64,000 bases of DNA from an uncultured delta proteobacterium (GCA_963745035.1 CAVUVW010000019.1:32001-96000); one strand, 5' to 3'. Shown: positions 29,028 through 41,794, counted from the first letter of the stretch. Translations and numbers: made by a program. Notes: a model not told the origin generated them from the sequence alone.

Positions 29028-30029
29028 GTGAACGCGTGGCTGCGTATCGGTTTCTCGTTATCGGTGCTGCTGGTTCTTCTCAAGTTGGATGCGGCGGCGC
29101 AGGGCAAGCCTGAAAAGGTGCGCATCGGCTATGCGGCGCGCGCCGTGGCCCATTCGGTTCCGTTCGTCGCCAAGGAAGCGGGATTTTTTGCCGAGGAGGG
29201 GATCGACGCGGAAATCGTGCGCACGGCGGGCTCGATTGCGCCGATGGCGTTGGTCGCGAACGAAGTCGATCTGGCGATCATGTCGGCGTATCTGATGCTG
29301 CCGGTGGCGGCGCAGAACAAAGACGTGGCGATGCTCGGCGGATTTTCGCGCTATGCGTCGATGGTCTTCGTCGCGCGGCCGGACGTGAAAGGCGCGCAGG
29401 ACTTGAAGGGAAAAGTCGTCGGCATTCAGCGCCCCGGCGACGCCTACGAGAAGAGCGCGCGTTTCGCGCTGCGCCATTTGGGCCTGGACGCGGACAAGGA
29501 CGTGCAGATGCTCGCGCTCGGCACCAACGACGTCATGTGGAGCGCGCTTCAGACCGGCAGGGTATCGGCGACGATCCTGTCGCCGCCGGGGACGTTGTTC
29601 GCGCGCAAGGCGGGCATGAATTTCATGGTCGATCTCACCGATCTCAAACTGGAATATCAGGGCTCGACGATCGCGACCCGGCGCTCGTTCGTGCAGAAGA
29701 ATCCGCAACTGGCGACCCGGGCGCTGCGGGCGATCGTCCGGGGGGTTCATCTGTTCAAGTCGCGCAAGGAAGACACCATGCGCATCCTGGGGAAATTTCT
29801 CGGCACCAAGGACCGCGCCGCGCTGGAGGAGTCGTGGGAATATGCCGCGAAGATGCCGGCCAAGCCCTACGCGGTCGAAAGCGCCGTGCAAGCGGTGCTG
29901 GACCACTTGGCCGAAGGCCAGCCGCGCTTTGCCCAATACAAGCCGGCGGAATTCATCGACGGCCGGCTGCTGACGGAGATCGACAAGAGCGGCTACATCG
30001 ACAAGCTCTACGGCGGGCAGGCGAAGTGA
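29028..30029 (+). CDS. ABC substrate-binding protein, NMT1/SsuA-like
   Basis: GGAGG RBS, signal peptide, EAGFFAEEGID, DLKGKVVG. Confidence 0.88.
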   Translation: MNAWLRIGFSLSVLLVLLKLDAAAQGKPEKVRIGYAARAVAHSVPFVAKEAGFFAEEGIDAEIVRTAGSIAPMALVANEVDLAIMSAYLMLPVAAQNKDVAMLGGFSRYASMVFVARPDVKGAQDLKGKVVGIQRPGDAYEKSARFALRHLGLDADKDVQMLALGTNDVMWSALQTGRVSATILSPPGTLFARKAGMNFMVDLTDLKLEYQGSTIATRRSFVQKNPQLATRALRAIVRGVHLFKSRKEDTMRILGKFLGTKDRAALEESWEYAAKMPAKPYAVESAVQAVLDHLAEGQPRFAQYKPAEFIDGRLLTEIDKSGYIDKLYGGQAK

Positions 30030-30030
30030 C

Positions 30031-30105
30031 GTCCTGCGGGTGAAAACCGGCATCCAGGTTTGCGTCAGTGCAAAAACGCCTGGATTCCGGCTTCGCCGGA
30101 ATGAC
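30031..30105. repeat. REP-like doublet (degenerate left arm plus CTGGATTCCGGCTTCGCCGGAATGAC)
   Basis: Same family as 28362-28438. Confidence 0.75.
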
Positions 30106-30186
30106 GGAACCAGAATCGACTTTCAATGAACGAATTAAAAACCATCGGCTTGAAGCCGAGATCGTTCGTTTCGTAGATTTCTTCAC

Positions 30187-32235
<2,049 letters not shown>

Positions 32236-32322
32236 CCCGCCGTGTCGCCCGCCGGCTGCGCTCGCTCGCCGTAGCCGACACTCCGCTGTTTGTGTAAACT
32301 CCGCAGCCGCGAGCCTGATTCC

Positions 32323-34170
32323 GTGAATCCGACTTCCGAAAAACTCGCCAATCTACCCTCGCGTCCGGGGTGTTACCTCATGCGCGACAAGGGCGGCAAG
32401 GTGGTGTACGTCGGCAAGGCCAAGGACGTGCGCGCCCGGGTGCGCTCCTATTTCAACAATTCCGACGAGCGCTCGCAGATCCAGTTTTTGCTGCGGCGGG
32501 TGGAAGACATCGAGACCCTGGTCACGAGCAGCGACAAGGAAGCGCTGATCCTCGAAAACAATCTGATCAAACAGTACAAGCCGCGCTACAACATCCGGCT
32601 CAAGGACGACAAGAGCTATCTCAGCATCAAAGTGACGACTCAGCATCCCTGGCCGCGGATCTTCGCCACCCGAAAGATCGTCAAGGACGGCAACCGCTAC
32701 TTCGGACCGTTTTCCTCCGCCGTGGCGGCGCGCGAGACCATCGACATCATCGAGAAGCACTTTTTGCTGCGCAACTGCACCGATCACAATTTTCGCAACC
32801 GCAGCCGGCCCTGCTTGCAATATCAAATCAAGCGCTGCATGGCGCCGTGCGTGCTGGCGGTGCCGGAGGAAGTCTATCGCGAGCAGGTGCGCCAGGCGAT
32901 GTTGTTCATCGACGGCAAGCAGCAGCAGTTGATCGACGAGCTGCGCCAGCGCATGCAGGCCAAATCCGACGCGCTGGAGTTCGAGGCGGCGGCGCGCATC
33001 CGCGACCAGGTCCAGGCGGTGGAAAAGACGCTCGAAAAACAGCGCATGGTGGCGCACTGGGGCGCCGATCAGGATATCTTCGGTCTTTATCGTGAGGGCG
33101 GCTTTATCGAAGTCCAGGTGTTGCTCGTGCGCCAGGGAAAGCTGACCGAGAATCTTTCCTATTCCCTCGAGGACCTCGAATTTCCCGACGAGGAGATCGT
33201 CGGCTCCTTGCTGACCCAGTTTTATCAAGGGCAGCGCTTCGTACCGGATGAGATTCTTCTGCCGGTTACTTTGGAAGACCGCGCCGCGCGCGAGGAATAT
33301 CTGGGCGAGCGCAAAGGCAAGCGGGTCGAGATCATCAATCCGCAGCGCGGCGACAAGCGCCATCTAGTGCAGATGGCCGAGGACAACGCCAAGCAGAGCT
33401 TTTCCGAGCGCCACGATCAGGAGAAAGCGCGGGAAAAAATGCTCCGTGAGCTGCAGGAGCATCTGCGGCTCAAGCGCTATCCGCAGCGCATCGAGTGCTT
33501 CGACATCTCGATGATCCACGGCTCCCACGCGGTCGGTTCGATGGTCACGTTCATCGACGGCGAGCCGGACAAGAACCTCTACCGCCATTTTCGCATCCGC
33601 ACGATCGATCCAGCGTCGGGCGGCGATGATTTCGGCATGATGCTCGAGGTTTTGAAGCGCCGGTTCAGCCGCGGCAAGGAGGAAGCCGACCTGCCCGATC
33701 TGATCGTTGTCGACGGCGGACGCGGACAACTGGCGATGGCGTTGACTGCCATGGCCGAGCTGGGCGTTGAAGGCGTCGATGCCGTGGGCTTGGCCAAGAT
33801 GCGCGTGCAGGCGGCGCCGCGCAGCGCCGAGATCGAGAGATCCGAGGAACGAGTGTTTTTGCCGGGGCAGAGCAATCCGGTGATCTTGAAGCGCAACTCC
33901 AACGCGCTCTTTCTCTTGCAGCGGGTGCGCGACGAGGCGCACCGCTTCGCCATTACCCATCATCGCCGGCTTCGGTCCAGGCAGACGCTTTACTCCGCGC
34001 TGGACCGCATTCCCGGCGTCGGCGGCGCGCGCAAGCGCGCTTTGCTGCGCGCGTTCGGCAGCGTCAAACGTATCGAAGAGGCGTCCCTCGAAGAGCTGCT
34101 GAAGGTGCCCTCGATGAACGAGCGGGTCGCGCAGCAAATCCTGCACAATTTGCGGGACGCGACGGATTGA
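32323..34170 (+). CDS. uvrC: Excinuclease ABC subunit C
   Basis: GIY-YIG domain PGCYLM..YVGKAK, PRYNIRLKDDKSY, IECFDIS, VDGGRGQ, RDEAHRFA, HhH. Confidence 0.99.
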   Translation: MNPTSEKLANLPSRPGCYLMRDKGGKVVYVGKAKDVRARVRSYFNNSDERSQIQFLLRRVEDIETLVTSSDKEALILENNLIKQYKPRYNIRLKDDKSYLSIKVTTQHPWPRIFATRKIVKDGNRYFGPFSSAVAARETIDIIEKHFLLRNCTDHNFRNRSRPCLQYQIKRCMAPCVLAVPEEVYREQVRQAMLFIDGKQQQLIDELRQRMQAKSDALEFEAAARIRDQVQAVEKTLEKQRMVAHWGADQDIFGLYREGGFIEVQVLLVRQGKLTENLSYSLEDLEFPDEEIVGSLLTQFYQGQRFVPDEILLPVTLEDRAAREEYLGERKGKRVEIINPQRGDKRHLVQMAEDNAKQSFSERHDQEKAREKMLRELQEHLRLKRYPQRIECFDISMIHGSHAVGSMVTFIDGEPDKNLYRHFRIRTIDPASGGDDFGMMLEVLKRRFSRGKEEADLPDLIVVDGGRGQLAMALTAMAELGVEGVDAVGLAKMRVQAAPRSAEIERSEERVFLPGQSNPVILKRNSNALFLLQRVRDEAHRFAITHHRRLRSRQTLYSALDRIPGVGGARKRALLRAFGSVKRIEEASLEELLKVPSMNERVAQQILHNLRDATD

Positions 34171-34179
34171 GAGACGGCC

Positions 34180-36702
34180 GTGACCGATGGACGATCAGCG
34201 GAGCAAGCAACTGGAAAAAGCATCCATCCTTCGGCCTGGCTGATCGCGCCGACGAGCGCGCTGCTCGTCGGCCAGGCGGTTGCAACCGCGCCGGGGAATT
34301 TTGCGCCCGAGGCCGGCGCGGTATTCTTGTCGCCGCTGTTGCTGATTTTTCCAGCGCGCCGGCGGCGCTGGGCGATTTTGCTGGCGCTGTGTTTGGCGGC
34401 ATTGCTGCTGGGCTATGTGCGCCACCGCCAACTCTTGTCGCCGCATTTTCCCGCCAATCACCTCCGTTCGGTCATGGCCCGTGGCGACGAGCGCTTGTAT
34501 CTGGAGGGCACGCTGCGCCACGAGCCGGAGAAGCTCGTCGGTCGCAGCCGCTGGCACGTCGCCGCCGAACGGGTCTGGCAGCCGGTCGGCGCAGAGGAGG
34601 TCACCGGCGATATTCTCATCACCTTGCGCGCGGCGCGGCGTGACTGGCGCTACGGCGACCGAGTGCGGCTTTGGGTCCGGCCCAACGTGCCGCAAGACAG
34701 CGGTAATCCCGGCGGCTTCGATTACGCGACATATTTAAAACGCCGCGAGATCTACGCCGTCGGGTTTCTCGACAACGATCAAGAAGTGGAATTGCTCGCG
34801 CGAAGTCCCGGTCCGATCCGGGCCCTGGTCGAAGATCTGCGGCGCCAGATTCGCCGTTTCATCGACCGTCACTTTTCCTACGAGAGCGGCGCACTGCTGG
34901 CGGCACTGGTGGTCGGCGACATGGGCGGCATCACCAAAGCGACGCGCGCGGCGTTTACGGCCGCGGGCGTCAATCACGTCCTGTCGATCTCCGGCCTCCA
35001 CGTCGCCATGCTCGGCCTGGTGGTGTTCGGCTTTGTTCGCTACGGCGCGCAGTACAGCACCTTTCTCATGCTGCGAATGAATCTTCTGAAGACCGCCGCG
35101 CTGTTTTCCTTCATCGCCGTGCTTTTTTATACCGCGCTTGCCGGGGCGATGGTGCCGACCGTTCGCTCCGCGATCATGATCGGCGTGTATCAACTGGCGG
35201 TGCTGCTCGATCGCGAAGAGGAAGTCTTCGCGAGTTTGACCTTGGCGGCGTTGCTGATCGCCATCGTCTGGCCCGGCGTCGTCGCGGATATTTCCTTCCA
35301 GCTATCGTTTCTCGCGGTGTTGTTCATCGTCTGGGGCATGCGCAGGTTTCATCTCTGGCTTGCCACCGAAGCGCGCGATCAGTTGCCGCAGGAACGGAGC
35401 TGGGCGCGCGCCCGGATGCGGCAGGCGGGCGTTCATCTCGCGGTGCCGCTGCTTGCTACCCTGGGCACCGGCCCGCTGATCGCGCATTACTTCGGCCACA
35501 TCTCGCTCGCCGGATTCATCGCCAATCCGTTGATTGTTCCGCTGGTCGGTTTTCTCGTCGTGCCGCTCGGTCTCGTCATCGGTTTTTGCGCGCTGCTCGC
35601 GCCCGAGGCCGGCGCTCTGATCGCCGTTCTCGCCGAGCAATTGATTTCGACAACCTCCTGGCTGGTGCGGCAATTCGCGAGCTTGCCGCTGGCGAATCTC
35701 AGCGTGCCGTCGCCCAACGCGCTGGAAATCGCCGTGCTCTACGGTTTGCTGGTCAGCGTGTTTGTTCTTACCAAACCGCTGCACCGCACGGCTGCCGTCG
35801 TTGTTGCCGTCGGCATGCTCGGCGCCATCGGTTCTTACTGGTGGAGCGAGCGCCACCAGCGTAGAGAGTTGCGCGTCACGCATCTCAACGTCGGTCAGGG
35901 CGACGCGGCGGTGGTGGAGTTGCCCGGTTCGAAAGTGATGCTGATCGATGCGGGGGGCGCGGCGGCGGGCGATTTCGATACCGGTGAGTCGATTGTCGCG
36001 CCCTATCTACGCTCGCGCAAGATTCTGAAAGTGGACTATCTCGTCGTCACCCATCCACGCATCGATCATTACGGCGGCATGCGCGCGATTGCCGAGGAGT
36101 TTTCGCCGCGAGAATTCTGGTCCGGCGGCGCGCGTGGGCAGACCGGCCGCTTTGACGAGCTTGAAGATGCATTGCAAAAAGCCCGCGTGCAGCGCGTCGC
36201 GCTCAGCGACCGCGAACCCTGCCGGAAAATCGATGACGTGAGGCTATGCGCTTTGTATCCCGCGGCGGGGAAGGCCGAGGAGGGCTCCGTCGTGCTGCGC
36301 CTGGAATACGGCAAGCTGCGCTATCTGTTCGCGAGCGATATCGACAAGCGCGACGAAGCGCTGCTGCTGCAGCACGCCGACGAAGTTCGCAGCGCGGTCT
36401 TGAAAGTGCCGCGCCACGGCGCGCCGACGGCGAGCTCGGCGGAGTTCATCGCCGCCGCGCGGCCGAAACTCGCGATCGTTTCAACCGGCGGCCGCAGCCG
36501 CAATGAAACCGCGCGGGAAGACATACTCTTGCGTTATAGGCAGATCGGGGCCGAAGTCCTGCGCACGTCCGACGACGGCGCCATCATCGTCGAAAGCGAC
36601 GGCGCCGTTGTGCGCTATGCCGGCCATAAGAGCGGCAAGAAAGGCGAAGTCGATTTGAGGGCGGATAATACAGCCACAGAGATCACAAAAATCACGCACT
36701 AG
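34180..36702 (+). CDS. comEC: DNA internalisation competence protein ComEC/Rec2
   Basis: NPGGFDY, HVLSISGLHV, SFQLSF, NVGQGDA, THPRIDHYGG, KVPRHG. Confidence 0.95.
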   Translation: MTDGRSAEQATGKSIHPSAWLIAPTSALLVGQAVATAPGNFAPEAGAVFLSPLLLIFPARRRRWAILLALCLAALLLGYVRHRQLLSPHFPANHLRSVMARGDERLYLEGTLRHEPEKLVGRSRWHVAAERVWQPVGAEEVTGDILITLRAARRDWRYGDRVRLWVRPNVPQDSGNPGGFDYATYLKRREIYAVGFLDNDQEVELLARSPGPIRALVEDLRRQIRRFIDRHFSYESGALLAALVVGDMGGITKATRAAFTAAGVNHVLSISGLHVAMLGLVVFGFVRYGAQYSTFLMLRMNLLKTAALFSFIAVLFYTALAGAMVPTVRSAIMIGVYQLAVLLDREEEVFASLTLAALLIAIVWPGVVADISFQLSFLAVLFIVWGMRRFHLWLATEARDQLPQERSWARARMRQAGVHLAVPLLATLGTGPLIAHYFGHISLAGFIANPLIVPLVGFLVVPLGLVIGFCALLAPEAGALIAVLAEQLISTTSWLVRQFASLPLANLSVPSPNALEIAVLYGLLVSVFVLTKPLHRTAAVVVAVGMLGAIGSYWWSERHQRRELRVTHLNVGQGDAAVVELPGSKVMLIDAGGAAAGDFDTGESIVAPYLRSRKILKVDYLVVTHPRIDHYGGMRAIAEEFSPREFWSGGARGQTGRFDELEDALQKARVQRVALSDREPCRKIDDVRLCALYPAAGKAEEGSVVLRLEYGKLRYLFASDIDKRDEALLLQHADEVRSAVLKVPRHGAPTASSAEFIAAARPKLAIVSTGGRSRNETAREDILLRYRQIGAEVLRTSDDGAIIVESDGAVVRYAGHKSGKKGEVDLRADNTATEITKITH

Positions 36703-36727
36703 AGGCGGTTTTGAAACCGCCCCTACA
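36702..36727 (-). repeat. GTAG-type REP palindrome
   Basis: Minus strand TGTAGGGGCGGTTTCAAAACCGCCTC, between convergent genes. Confidence 0.7.
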
Positions 36728-36743
36728 ACCGGTCAATTCCTCA

Positions 36744-37685
36744 TCATCCCAACGCTTTTAGTTCTTCGATGTAGTCTTTAAAGCCCGCTTCGATGTCGTA
36801 TTCCGGGCTCCAGCCCAGCACTTGCTTGGCTTTTTCGATCACCATCGGCTGTTTCGCCGAGCGGGGGCGTTGGCCGGGGACGATTTCGACCTGAAGCTTG
36901 GGCAGGAGCTTCTCCGCCAAGGCGACGAGGTCGTCGAACTTGATGACGACGCCGGTGCCGATGTTCAATGTGACCGGCTCCTTCAACGGCGTCGTCGCCG
37001 CTTTGTCGAGCGCGCGGCCGAGGTCTTTGTAATAGACGTACTCGAAATCGCGGGCGACTTCCTGGGCGATCTTCACGACGCCGCCTTTGATACCGGTCTG
37101 AAGCATGTTCTGCACCATCTCGCCGCCGCCGGAGCCGCCGGCGAAATGGCCGACGCCGTAGACATTCGCCAATCTCAGCACGATCAGCTCGAAGCCGTAC
37201 ATGCGCTGGTAGGCTTCGACCATGAGCTCCTTGGCGACTTTGGAGTTGCCGTACGGCTCGCCCGGTCCGCGGCGAAAATCTTCGTCGATCGGGCTGGGCT
37301 CGCCCTTGCGGCGGTCGTAGATGCCGAAGGTGCTGATCTGGACCAAACGCTTCACGCCGGTCAGGCGCACCGCCTCGGCCACGTTGATCGTGCCCATGAC
37401 GTTGATCTGCAAGCCCGTGTAGACCGGATTGGCGACTTTGCCGCCGATCAGTCCGGCGGTGTGGATCACCGTGTCGCATTTATGCTTCTGGATGGTTTCG
37501 ATCAACGACGGTAAGTCCCGGATGTCTCGCTGCACCACCGTAACGTTAGCGCCGCCCAGCTTATGCGCCAAAAAGTCCTTGCGCGGCGCGAAATCATAAA
37601 ACACGACGTTCTCACCCCGTTTGACCGCATGCTGCGCGTAGGAAGTGCCGACGAGTCCCAAGCCAGTGATAAGTGTCGCTGCCAT
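36744..37685 (-). CDS. NAD-dependent epimerase/dehydratase
   Basis: ITGLGLVG, YGNSK (YxxxK), LRLANVYG. Confidence 0.9.
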   Translation of the reverse strand: MAATLITGLGLVGTSYAQHAVKRGENVVFYDFAPRKDFLAHKLGGANVTVVQRDIRDLPSLIETIQKHKCDTVIHTAGLIGGKVANPVYTGLQINVMGTINVAEAVRLTGVKRLVQISTFGIYDRRKGEPSPIDEDFRRGPGEPYGNSKVAKELMVEAYQRMYGFELIVLRLANVYGVGHFAGGSGGGEMVQNMLQTGIKGGVVKIAQEVARDFEYVYYKDLGRALDKAATTPLKEPVTLNIGTGVVIKFDDLVALAEKLLPKLQVEIVPGQRPRSAKQPMVIEKAKQVLGWSPEYDIEAGFKDYIEELKALG

Positions 37686-37840
37686 GACCGCTCCTTTCGT
37701 CCGTCAGATGAAATCAGCTTTCCCCTTACTCCTTGAAACTCCAAATGTCCAGGTGGGAATCGAATGCAACCGCCTGCCATGCCTCACCGATTTGCAACGG
37801 AGCGTGACCTCAGGTTATAGCCCATCATGAAGGTTCGATT

Positions 37841-38800
37841 ATGAAAAACGTCTCGTGTTTTCTACTTGGCCTATTCGTCTTGATCATCCCGGCGTCCGGC
37901 AAGAGTCAAAGCCAGGCGCCCCTCGTGGTGAATTACGCCGCGATCAATGCCAACATGCTCAATCTTTGGGTCGGCAAGGAAGGTGGGCATTTTACCGAAG
38001 AAGGATTGGACGTGCGCATTCTCCACGTGCGCGGCGGATCTCTTGGCGTGCAACTGTTGGTGTCCGGTCAGACGCCGATCGGTTTGGTCGGTGCCACGGC
38101 GATCGCGAATGCTTACCTGCAGGGAAGCAAAGATTTGGTGATGATCGGCGGCGTCACGAATGTCATGGCTTACGTGTTGGCGGCGAAGCCCGAGATTCAA
38201 ACCGCAAACCAAATTAAGGGCAAAACCTTGGCGGTGAGCCGGTTCGGATCCACGGCTGACTTTGTCGCCGAGTACGCGTTACGCCAGTTGGGACTGCAAA
38301 AAACCGACGTGACGATGGTTCAGATCGGCACCGAAGGCGATCGCTTGGCGGCGATGCAGCGCGGCGATATCCAGCTCTCGGTGTTTACGCCAACCTTTCT
38401 TCCCGCGCTCAAAAAAACCGGCATGAGGGTCTTGCTCGATCTTGAAGAGCGGAAAATTCCCTATCTGCTCGCCGGATACGCGACGAGCCGAGCGTTTCTT
38501 GGCCGCGAGCGGCAGAACACGGTCAAATTCATGCGCGGCATTATCAAAAGCATCAAGCGCATCAAAACCGACCGGCCGTTTGCCGAAAAAGTTTTGGCTC
38601 AGTATGTAAAAAGCGACGACAAGGAACTATTGCGGCTTGCTCTGGACCAGCAAATACGGATTCTGCCGGATTTGCCGTACGCTCCCGAGGAAGGGATGAA
38701 AACGATCCTGGAAGATTTGGGACGGACCTTGCCGGACGCCCGGCGGTTGCAGCCGGCGGCGCTGATCGATGCGACGGTCGTACGCGACGCGGCGAAATGA
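37841..38800 (+). CDS. ABC substrate-binding protein, NMT1/SsuA-like
   Basis: Signal peptide, EEGLDV, IKGKTLAVSRFGS. Confidence 0.88.
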   Translation: MKNVSCFLLGLFVLIIPASGKSQSQAPLVVNYAAINANMLNLWVGKEGGHFTEEGLDVRILHVRGGSLGVQLLVSGQTPIGLVGATAIANAYLQGSKDLVMIGGVTNVMAYVLAAKPEIQTANQIKGKTLAVSRFGSTADFVAEYALRQLGLQKTDVTMVQIGTEGDRLAAMQRGDIQLSVFTPTFLPALKKTGMRVLLDLEERKIPYLLAGYATSRAFLGRERQNTVKFMRGIIKSIKRIKTDRPFAEKVLAQYVKSDDKELLRLALDQQIRILPDLPYAPEEGMKTILEDLGRTLPDARRLQPAALIDATVVRDAAK

Positions 38801-39915
38801 GTCTTGCGAAGGAGAAATACATGAAAGGTGTAGTGGACGCGGATACCCACATTGCCGAACCGGAGGCGATGTGGAAGTTGATCGACGAAAAAATGGCGCC
38901 GCGCCGGCCGGTGCTGGTGGGCTTGCCGGAGGATACCTGGTTCGGGGACCGGAATGCGCTGTGGCTGATCGATGGCAACATTTTTCCCAAGCCGGCGGGG
39001 AAGGGGAGTTACCGGCTGGTTACGCCATCGGCGCAGAAGGCGGAGAAAGTGCGCGGCGACATCGCGATCTCCAGCCGGGAGATTTCCGACGTGGCCGCGC
39101 GGCTAAAAGACATGGACCGCCTCGGCGTCGACGTTCAAGTGATTTATCCGACGCTGTTTCTGGTCTACCTAACCGACGACGCGGAATTGGAAACGGCTTT
39201 GTGCAAGGCCTACAACTCTTGGCTCGGCGACGCTTGCAACAAATCCAACGGGCGGCTGAAGTTCGTCGCCATCTTGCCGCTGCGCTCGATCCCCGAGTCG
39301 CTGAAAGAGATGAAGCGGGCGAAAGAGCTTGGCGCCGTGGGCATCTTTTTTCGCGGCATCGAAGGCGACAAGACCATCGATCACCCGTATTTTCATCCGG
39401 TTTACGAGCAGGCCGCTCAGCTCGACATGGCGATCTGCATTCATACGGGTTCCGGCGCGCCGTGGATGCTGCCTTACTTCGAGCACGCGCGCAATCATAC
39501 CTTCGCTCACGGCCGCGCGCTGCCGATCTTCGCGTTCCGCGATCTGGTCGCCAACCGGATTCCGGAAAAGTACCCCGGCTTGCGCATCGGCTTCATCGAA
39601 GCCTCCGCCGGCTGGGCGCCGTTCATGATGCACATCCTGCGCAGGCTGTTCAAAGATCGCTCGAAGTTCAAGAACAGCGCCGAGTTCTTCCGCGACTATA
39701 ATCTGTTCATTGCCTGCGAAGCCGACGAAGACATTCCGTATTTGGCCAAATGCATCGGCGAAGATAACATCGTCATCGGCTCGGACTACGGCCACAACGA
39801 CCCGTCCGCTGAGGAAAGGCTGGTCGAGACCCTCGGCGCCCGCGAAGACGTGGCGCAAGCGCTGGCGGAAAAGATCCTGGTCCACAACCCGCGTAGGCTT
39901 TACGGGCTGCATTGA
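38797..39915 (+). CDS. Amidohydrolase-2 family protein
   Basis: DADTHIAEP, DMDRLGVD, ICIH, FIEASAGW, GSDYGHND. Confidence 0.9.
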   Translation: MSLAKEKYMKGVVDADTHIAEPEAMWKLIDEKMAPRRPVLVGLPEDTWFGDRNALWLIDGNIFPKPAGKGSYRLVTPSAQKAEKVRGDIAISSREISDVAARLKDMDRLGVDVQVIYPTLFLVYLTDDAELETALCKAYNSWLGDACNKSNGRLKFVAILPLRSIPESLKEMKRAKELGAVGIFFRGIEGDKTIDHPYFHPVYEQAAQLDMAICIHTGSGAPWMLPYFEHARNHTFAHGRALPIFAFRDLVANRIPEKYPGLRIGFIEASAGWAPFMMHILRRLFKDRSKFKNSAEFFRDYNLFIACEADEDIPYLAKCIGEDNIVIGSDYGHNDPSAEERLVETLGAREDVAQALAEKILVHNPRRLYGLH

Positions 39916-39923
39916 CAAGAGTG

Positions 39924-39956
39924 TCACCACGAAACACGCGAAGGTCATAAAGGTTC
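39924..39956 (+). repeat. TCACCACGAA... intergenic repeat, second copy at 45368-45400
   Basis: tcaccacgaaacacgcgaaggtcataaaggttc versus tcaccacgaagcgtgcgaagagcacgaaggttc; both lie just after stop codons. Confidence 0.7.
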
Positions 39957-40010
39957 AAAGGGAGAAATCATTTCTCTGAACGGAATTCATTTGCTGCGCT
40001 GGCGAAGCAC

Positions 40011-40721
40011 ATGACGACCGACCTAGAGAACTTCGTGGTCCGCGCCGCCGAACACTTCAAATCCCAACTTGGGGGATCGATCGTCGAAGTCTACAAACTC
40101 GGCAGCTTGGCCCACGGCGGATTCAGCAGCATCTATAGTGATATCGACGTCGGTGTCGTGCTGAGTTGCGCCGAGCCGCCGCGTGAGATGGCTGACTTGA
40201 TCGCGCAGGCAAAATCGTTGGACCCGGTACACGGTAAGAAGCTTTCTGTGTTCTGGGGCAATCCGGAATTCGCGTGGGGACGTTTGCCGGTGATCGACCG
40301 CATCGACCTGCTCGATCACGGCGTGCCGCTGTTGCGGGGGGTCAGACCAGGCTTCCGCAGACCAACCAAGGAAGAGATTCACCAGGAACAACTACAAAGT
40401 ATCGAGCGAAGCTGGAAATCCCGATTGCCTGAGTTGAGTCGGCTAACGGCACTCGAAGCCAAAGATCGCAAACCCTACATCCGCGCAATCCTCTACGCCG
40501 CGCGGCTGATCTACACCTGGGACAACCTGGCCGTCGATTCGAACGACCGTGCCGTCGAATATCTCCATCAAGTTCAACCGCCCGGACTCGACCTCAGCCC
40601 GATCGATATGGCCCTGGCCTGCCGCAACGGAAAATGCACGGCCGAGGACGTCTTTGCAATGCGAACTGATCTCAATGCGCAGTGCCAAAGAGCGTTGAGC
40701 TACATTGCTGCGAGGTCTTGA
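40011..40721 (+). CDS. Pol-beta superfamily nucleotidyltransferase domain protein
   Basis: LGSLAHGGF...SDIDV (GS..DxD) motif. Confidence 0.75.
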   Translation: MTTDLENFVVRAAEHFKSQLGGSIVEVYKLGSLAHGGFSSIYSDIDVGVVLSCAEPPREMADLIAQAKSLDPVHGKKLSVFWGNPEFAWGRLPVIDRIDLLDHGVPLLRGVRPGFRRPTKEEIHQEQLQSIERSWKSRLPELSRLTALEAKDRKPYIRAILYAARLIYTWDNLAVDSNDRAVEYLHQVQPPGLDLSPIDMALACRNGKCTAEDVFAMRTDLNAQCQRALSYIAARS

Positions 40722-40734
40722 CCGTAGCAGCATC

Positions 40735-41523
40735 ATGAAAGTACAAGACATCGCTAAAAAGTGGCGCGCACAGGGCTTCGCCGTTATCCCCGGCTTTCTG
40801 ACTGCGCCTGAGGTTGATTCGTTACGCCGCATTTGCGATTACGTCCTTCAGCAGGCCATCGAAGGAGATCCTCGTCGGGCGGCGGCGAGAAATATAGCTT
40901 ATCTCACCGAGCAGAGATATTTCGGCTCGCGCGAAGATGATCTGTTGAAGCTGCTGGAATTTATCGCTGACGACCGCATCGTTGCCATAATCAGTCACGT
41001 CGCCGGTGAAATGCCGCTGTTTCACAATACCCAATACTTCTACAACCCCACGCAATCGCACGACGGCGAATGGCACAGAGACACGCAGTTTCTGGCGCCC
41101 GGCGAAGTTTTGGAACGAGAAAGAATGAAGCAACACACCGGCGTCCACTTTCGGGTCGCATTTCTCCCTGATCGCCAGCTTGAATATGTGCCACGCTCTG
41201 AGCAGCGCTGGGACACGCCGGAAGAATTGAGCATACGGAAGGGCGATGATCCTACTCATCCGGACATGCCCGGCCGAACCAGGATCGATCTTGCACCGGG
41301 CGACGCCTGCCTTTTCCACGCTTGGGGAATCCATCGCGGAACGTACAGAGCCGAAATTCCCAGGCGTACGCTGGACATCATCTATGGTTGGGGCGGTGTC
41401 TGCGATTATTCTCCACCGCCGCCCATGTGCTTTACTGACGCAAGCCTACTCGCACGGCTGAGTCCGCAAGCCCGCAAGTTTTTCGACCACTTCATTCACA
41501 GTTACCAAAGAAGCTGGAAGTAG
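40735..41523 (+). CDS. Phytanoyl-CoA dioxygenase (PhyH) family 2OG-Fe(II) oxygenase
   Basis: QGFAVIPGFL, WHRD, GDACLFH..IHRG..R. Confidence 0.85.
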   Translation: MKVQDIAKKWRAQGFAVIPGFLTAPEVDSLRRICDYVLQQAIEGDPRRAAARNIAYLTEQRYFGSREDDLLKLLEFIADDRIVAIISHVAGEMPLFHNTQYFYNPTQSHDGEWHRDTQFLAPGEVLERERMKQHTGVHFRVAFLPDRQLEYVPRSEQRWDTPEELSIRKGDDPTHPDMPGRTRIDLAPGDACLFHAWGIHRGTYRAEIPRRTLDIIYGWGGVCDYSPPPPMCFTDASLLARLSPQARKFFDHFIHSYQRSWK

Positions 41524-41591
41524 GCTGGTACGTATCAAGACAGACGCGCGTCCAACCGCAACGAACACGTGTAGAAAGAAGAGGCGAGGAA

Positions 41592-41777
41592 ATGAAGATC
41601 AGAACATCGACTGTTGCGATGCTTGCCGGATCCCGAAGCGGTCGGAAATTCGCTTTATTTTTCGTTTTGTTGATTACCGTTTTGTCGGGATGCTGTTCAG
41701 TAATCAGCACCAGCGAGAATTTTTATAAAGACCGGCCGCCGCGGCGCATCAATTGGCGGGAATATTTGACGGATTGA
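41592..41777 (+). CDS. Small putative lipoprotein
   Basis: GAGGA RBS, hydrophobic stretch ending in an LSGC lipobox. Confidence 0.5.
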   Translation: MKIRTSTVAMLAGSRSGRKFALFFVLLITVLSGCCSVISTSENFYKDRPPRRINWREYLTD

Positions 41778-41794
41778 GCAGGTATTTCAACTTT

